From NCBI GenBank assembly GCA_963707335.1, contig CAVPQD010000026.1, forward strand, positions 9,738 through 73,737: a stretch of 64,000 bases of DNA. The letters are read 5' to 3'. The notes below the pieces were generated by a model. It had not been told where the DNA came from. It saw only the letters and a program-made list of their open reading frames with translations, and made no database searches. This document shows, one piece after another, positions 62,459 to 64,000 of this stretch; the stretch's first letter is position 1, and each line of letters starts with the position of its first letter. Both the position numbers and the translations under genes were made by a program. The stretch is from an uncultured Thermoleophilia bacterium. Its GTDB lineage: Bacteria > Actinomycetota > Thermoleophilia > UBA2241.

Positions 62459-64000
62459 TCAGCCCTCCGCGTCCGGCTCCGGCCGACCTTTGATGAACGG
62501 CTCCTGCCCGCCCTCGGCGCCCGAGCCCTGCGGCGTCTGGCCACCGGTGGCGCCCGCCTCGGCCTCCGCGGCCAGCAGCTCGGCTTCTTCCAGCGTCATG
62601 TGCGTGCGGCGCAGCGGGTCCTCGCGCAGGAACAGCACGACGATCAGGCCGATGACGCCGACGATCGTCGCCAGCAGGAACAGGTCGACGATGGCCGAGG
62701 ACAGGCTCTGGCGTACGGCCGCCATGAAGGCCGTGAACAGCGACTTGCCCTGCGGCCCGAACTGCCCGAACGCGGCCTGGATCTTCGTACGGGCTGCGTC
62801 CGACAGCAGCACCTGTGGATTGTCCAGCAATGCGGCGCCCCTGCCCTTGTTGAACTGCTGCAGGGGCGCCGGCAGATTGTGGAGCATGGCGGCGGCGAAG
62901 CGGTTGGTGAGGATCGTGCCGAAGACGGCCATGCCGACGGTGCCGCCGATGGAGCGGAAGAACTGCAGGCCCGCCGTGACCTCGCCGAGGCGCTGCGTGG
63001 GGTACTGGTTCTGGACGATCACGGTGAACGAGCTCATAGCGACCCCCAGGCCCAGGCCCATGACGATCATGTAGAAGGCCAGTGAGGTGCTGCTCGTGGT
63101 GACGGTCATGCGTGAGAACAGGAACGCGCCCAGCGCGACGGTGACGAAGCCGGCGATGACGACGGCCTTGTAGCGGCCGGTGCGGGACAGCAGCTGGCCG
63201 GCGCCGATGCTGGTGGCGAGGGCGGCGAGCATCATCGGCATCAGGATGATGCCGCTGTTCGTCGCCGACTTGCCCTGCACCCCCTGCACGAACAGCGGCA
63301 GGTACATGATGGCGCCGAACATCGCCGCCGACTGCAGGGCGCTGGCCACGGCGGAGACGCTGAAGATGCTGTTCTCGAACAGCCGCGGATTGATGACGGG
63401 CTCCGCGGCCCGCAGCTCGCGGGCGACGAACGCGCATCGTCATCAGTGCGGAGACGACGAACAGGCCGATGATCTGCCAGGAGCCCCAGGCGTACTCGGT
63501 GCCGGCCCAGCTGAAGCCCAGCAGCAGGGGCGTGGCGGCCGCCGACGAGCAGCGCCGCGCCGCTGTAGTCGATGCGATGCGAGCGGTGGGTCTCATGACC
63601 GGGCAGCGCCCACGCGGCGAAGGCCAGGGCGATGACGCCGACCGGCAGGTTGACGTAGAAGACCCAGCGCCAGCTGTAGTTGTCGGTGATCCAGCCGCCG
63701 AGGAGCGGACCGATGATGGTCGCCACGGCGAAGACGCTCATGATGACGCCGGCCCACTTGGCGCGCTGCGCCGGCGGGAAGAGGTCGCCGATGATGGCCT
63801 GCGTGATCGGCAGCATGGCGCCGGCGCCCAGGCCCTGGAAAGCGCGGAAGGCGATGAGCTCGTTCATCGTCTGGGCCTGGCCGCACAGGGCCGAGCCGAG
63901 CACGAACAGCACCATGCCGACGATGAAGAACCTCTTGCGGCCGTAGGCGTCCGAGAGCTTGCCCCAGATGGGCATGGACGCCGTCGACGCGAGCAGGTAG
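62459..64000 (-). pseudogene. MFS transporter (DHA2/EmrB-QacA-like), 5' end outside the window, two +1 frame breaks (near 63540 and 63430)
   Basis: Three colinear frame segments: ...MPIWGKLSDAYGRKRFF...IDYSGAALLVGG | ATPLLLGFSWAGTEYAWGSWQIIGLFVVSALMTMR | FVARELRAAEPVINPRLFENSIFSVSAVASALQSAAMFG... Confidence 0.8.

Overview
Very GC-rich (about 70%+) chromosomal segment that looks Actinomycetota-like. The taxonomic guess is inference from gene content (MMPL transporters, LigD, holin-X/DUF3618 pair) and from leaderless-type promoters. I support about 50 protein-coding genes. I saw no rRNA, tRNA, CRISPR array, transposase or integrase. Content is a mosaic of ordinary metabolism and transport. Metabolic genes include thrC, glpK, an acyltransferase, an aldo-keto reductase, an epimerase, three class-III aminotransferase paralogues and a PFOR-beta-like TPP enzyme next to a cysteine desulfurase. 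Transport genes include two MMPL, EamA, MFS and a DrrAB-like ABC pair. Several items are less ordinary: (1) a signalling island with an RsbW-like kinase, an orphan CheB-CheR-PAS(-GAF) fusion and a roughly 1220-aa RsbW-like/PAS/GAF/PP2C protein; (2) a roughly 1480-aa fused BcrAD/BadFG-type activase with DUF2229-like domains; (3) a MarR regulator fused to a GGAS-repeat beta domain beside the ABC exporter; (4) a membrane-anchored multihaem cytochrome c with about 16 haem motifs; (5) several small unannotated-looking ORFs. The dominant technical observation is about 15 single-base frame breaks in 12 genes, nearly all +1 in sign. This looks more like a consensus indel artefact than biology and affects how every interrupted gene should be read. 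I did not find a compact, clearly novel multi-gene system (for example a defence island) that I can support from sequence alone. All family calls come from motifs read in the translations; no database search was run.
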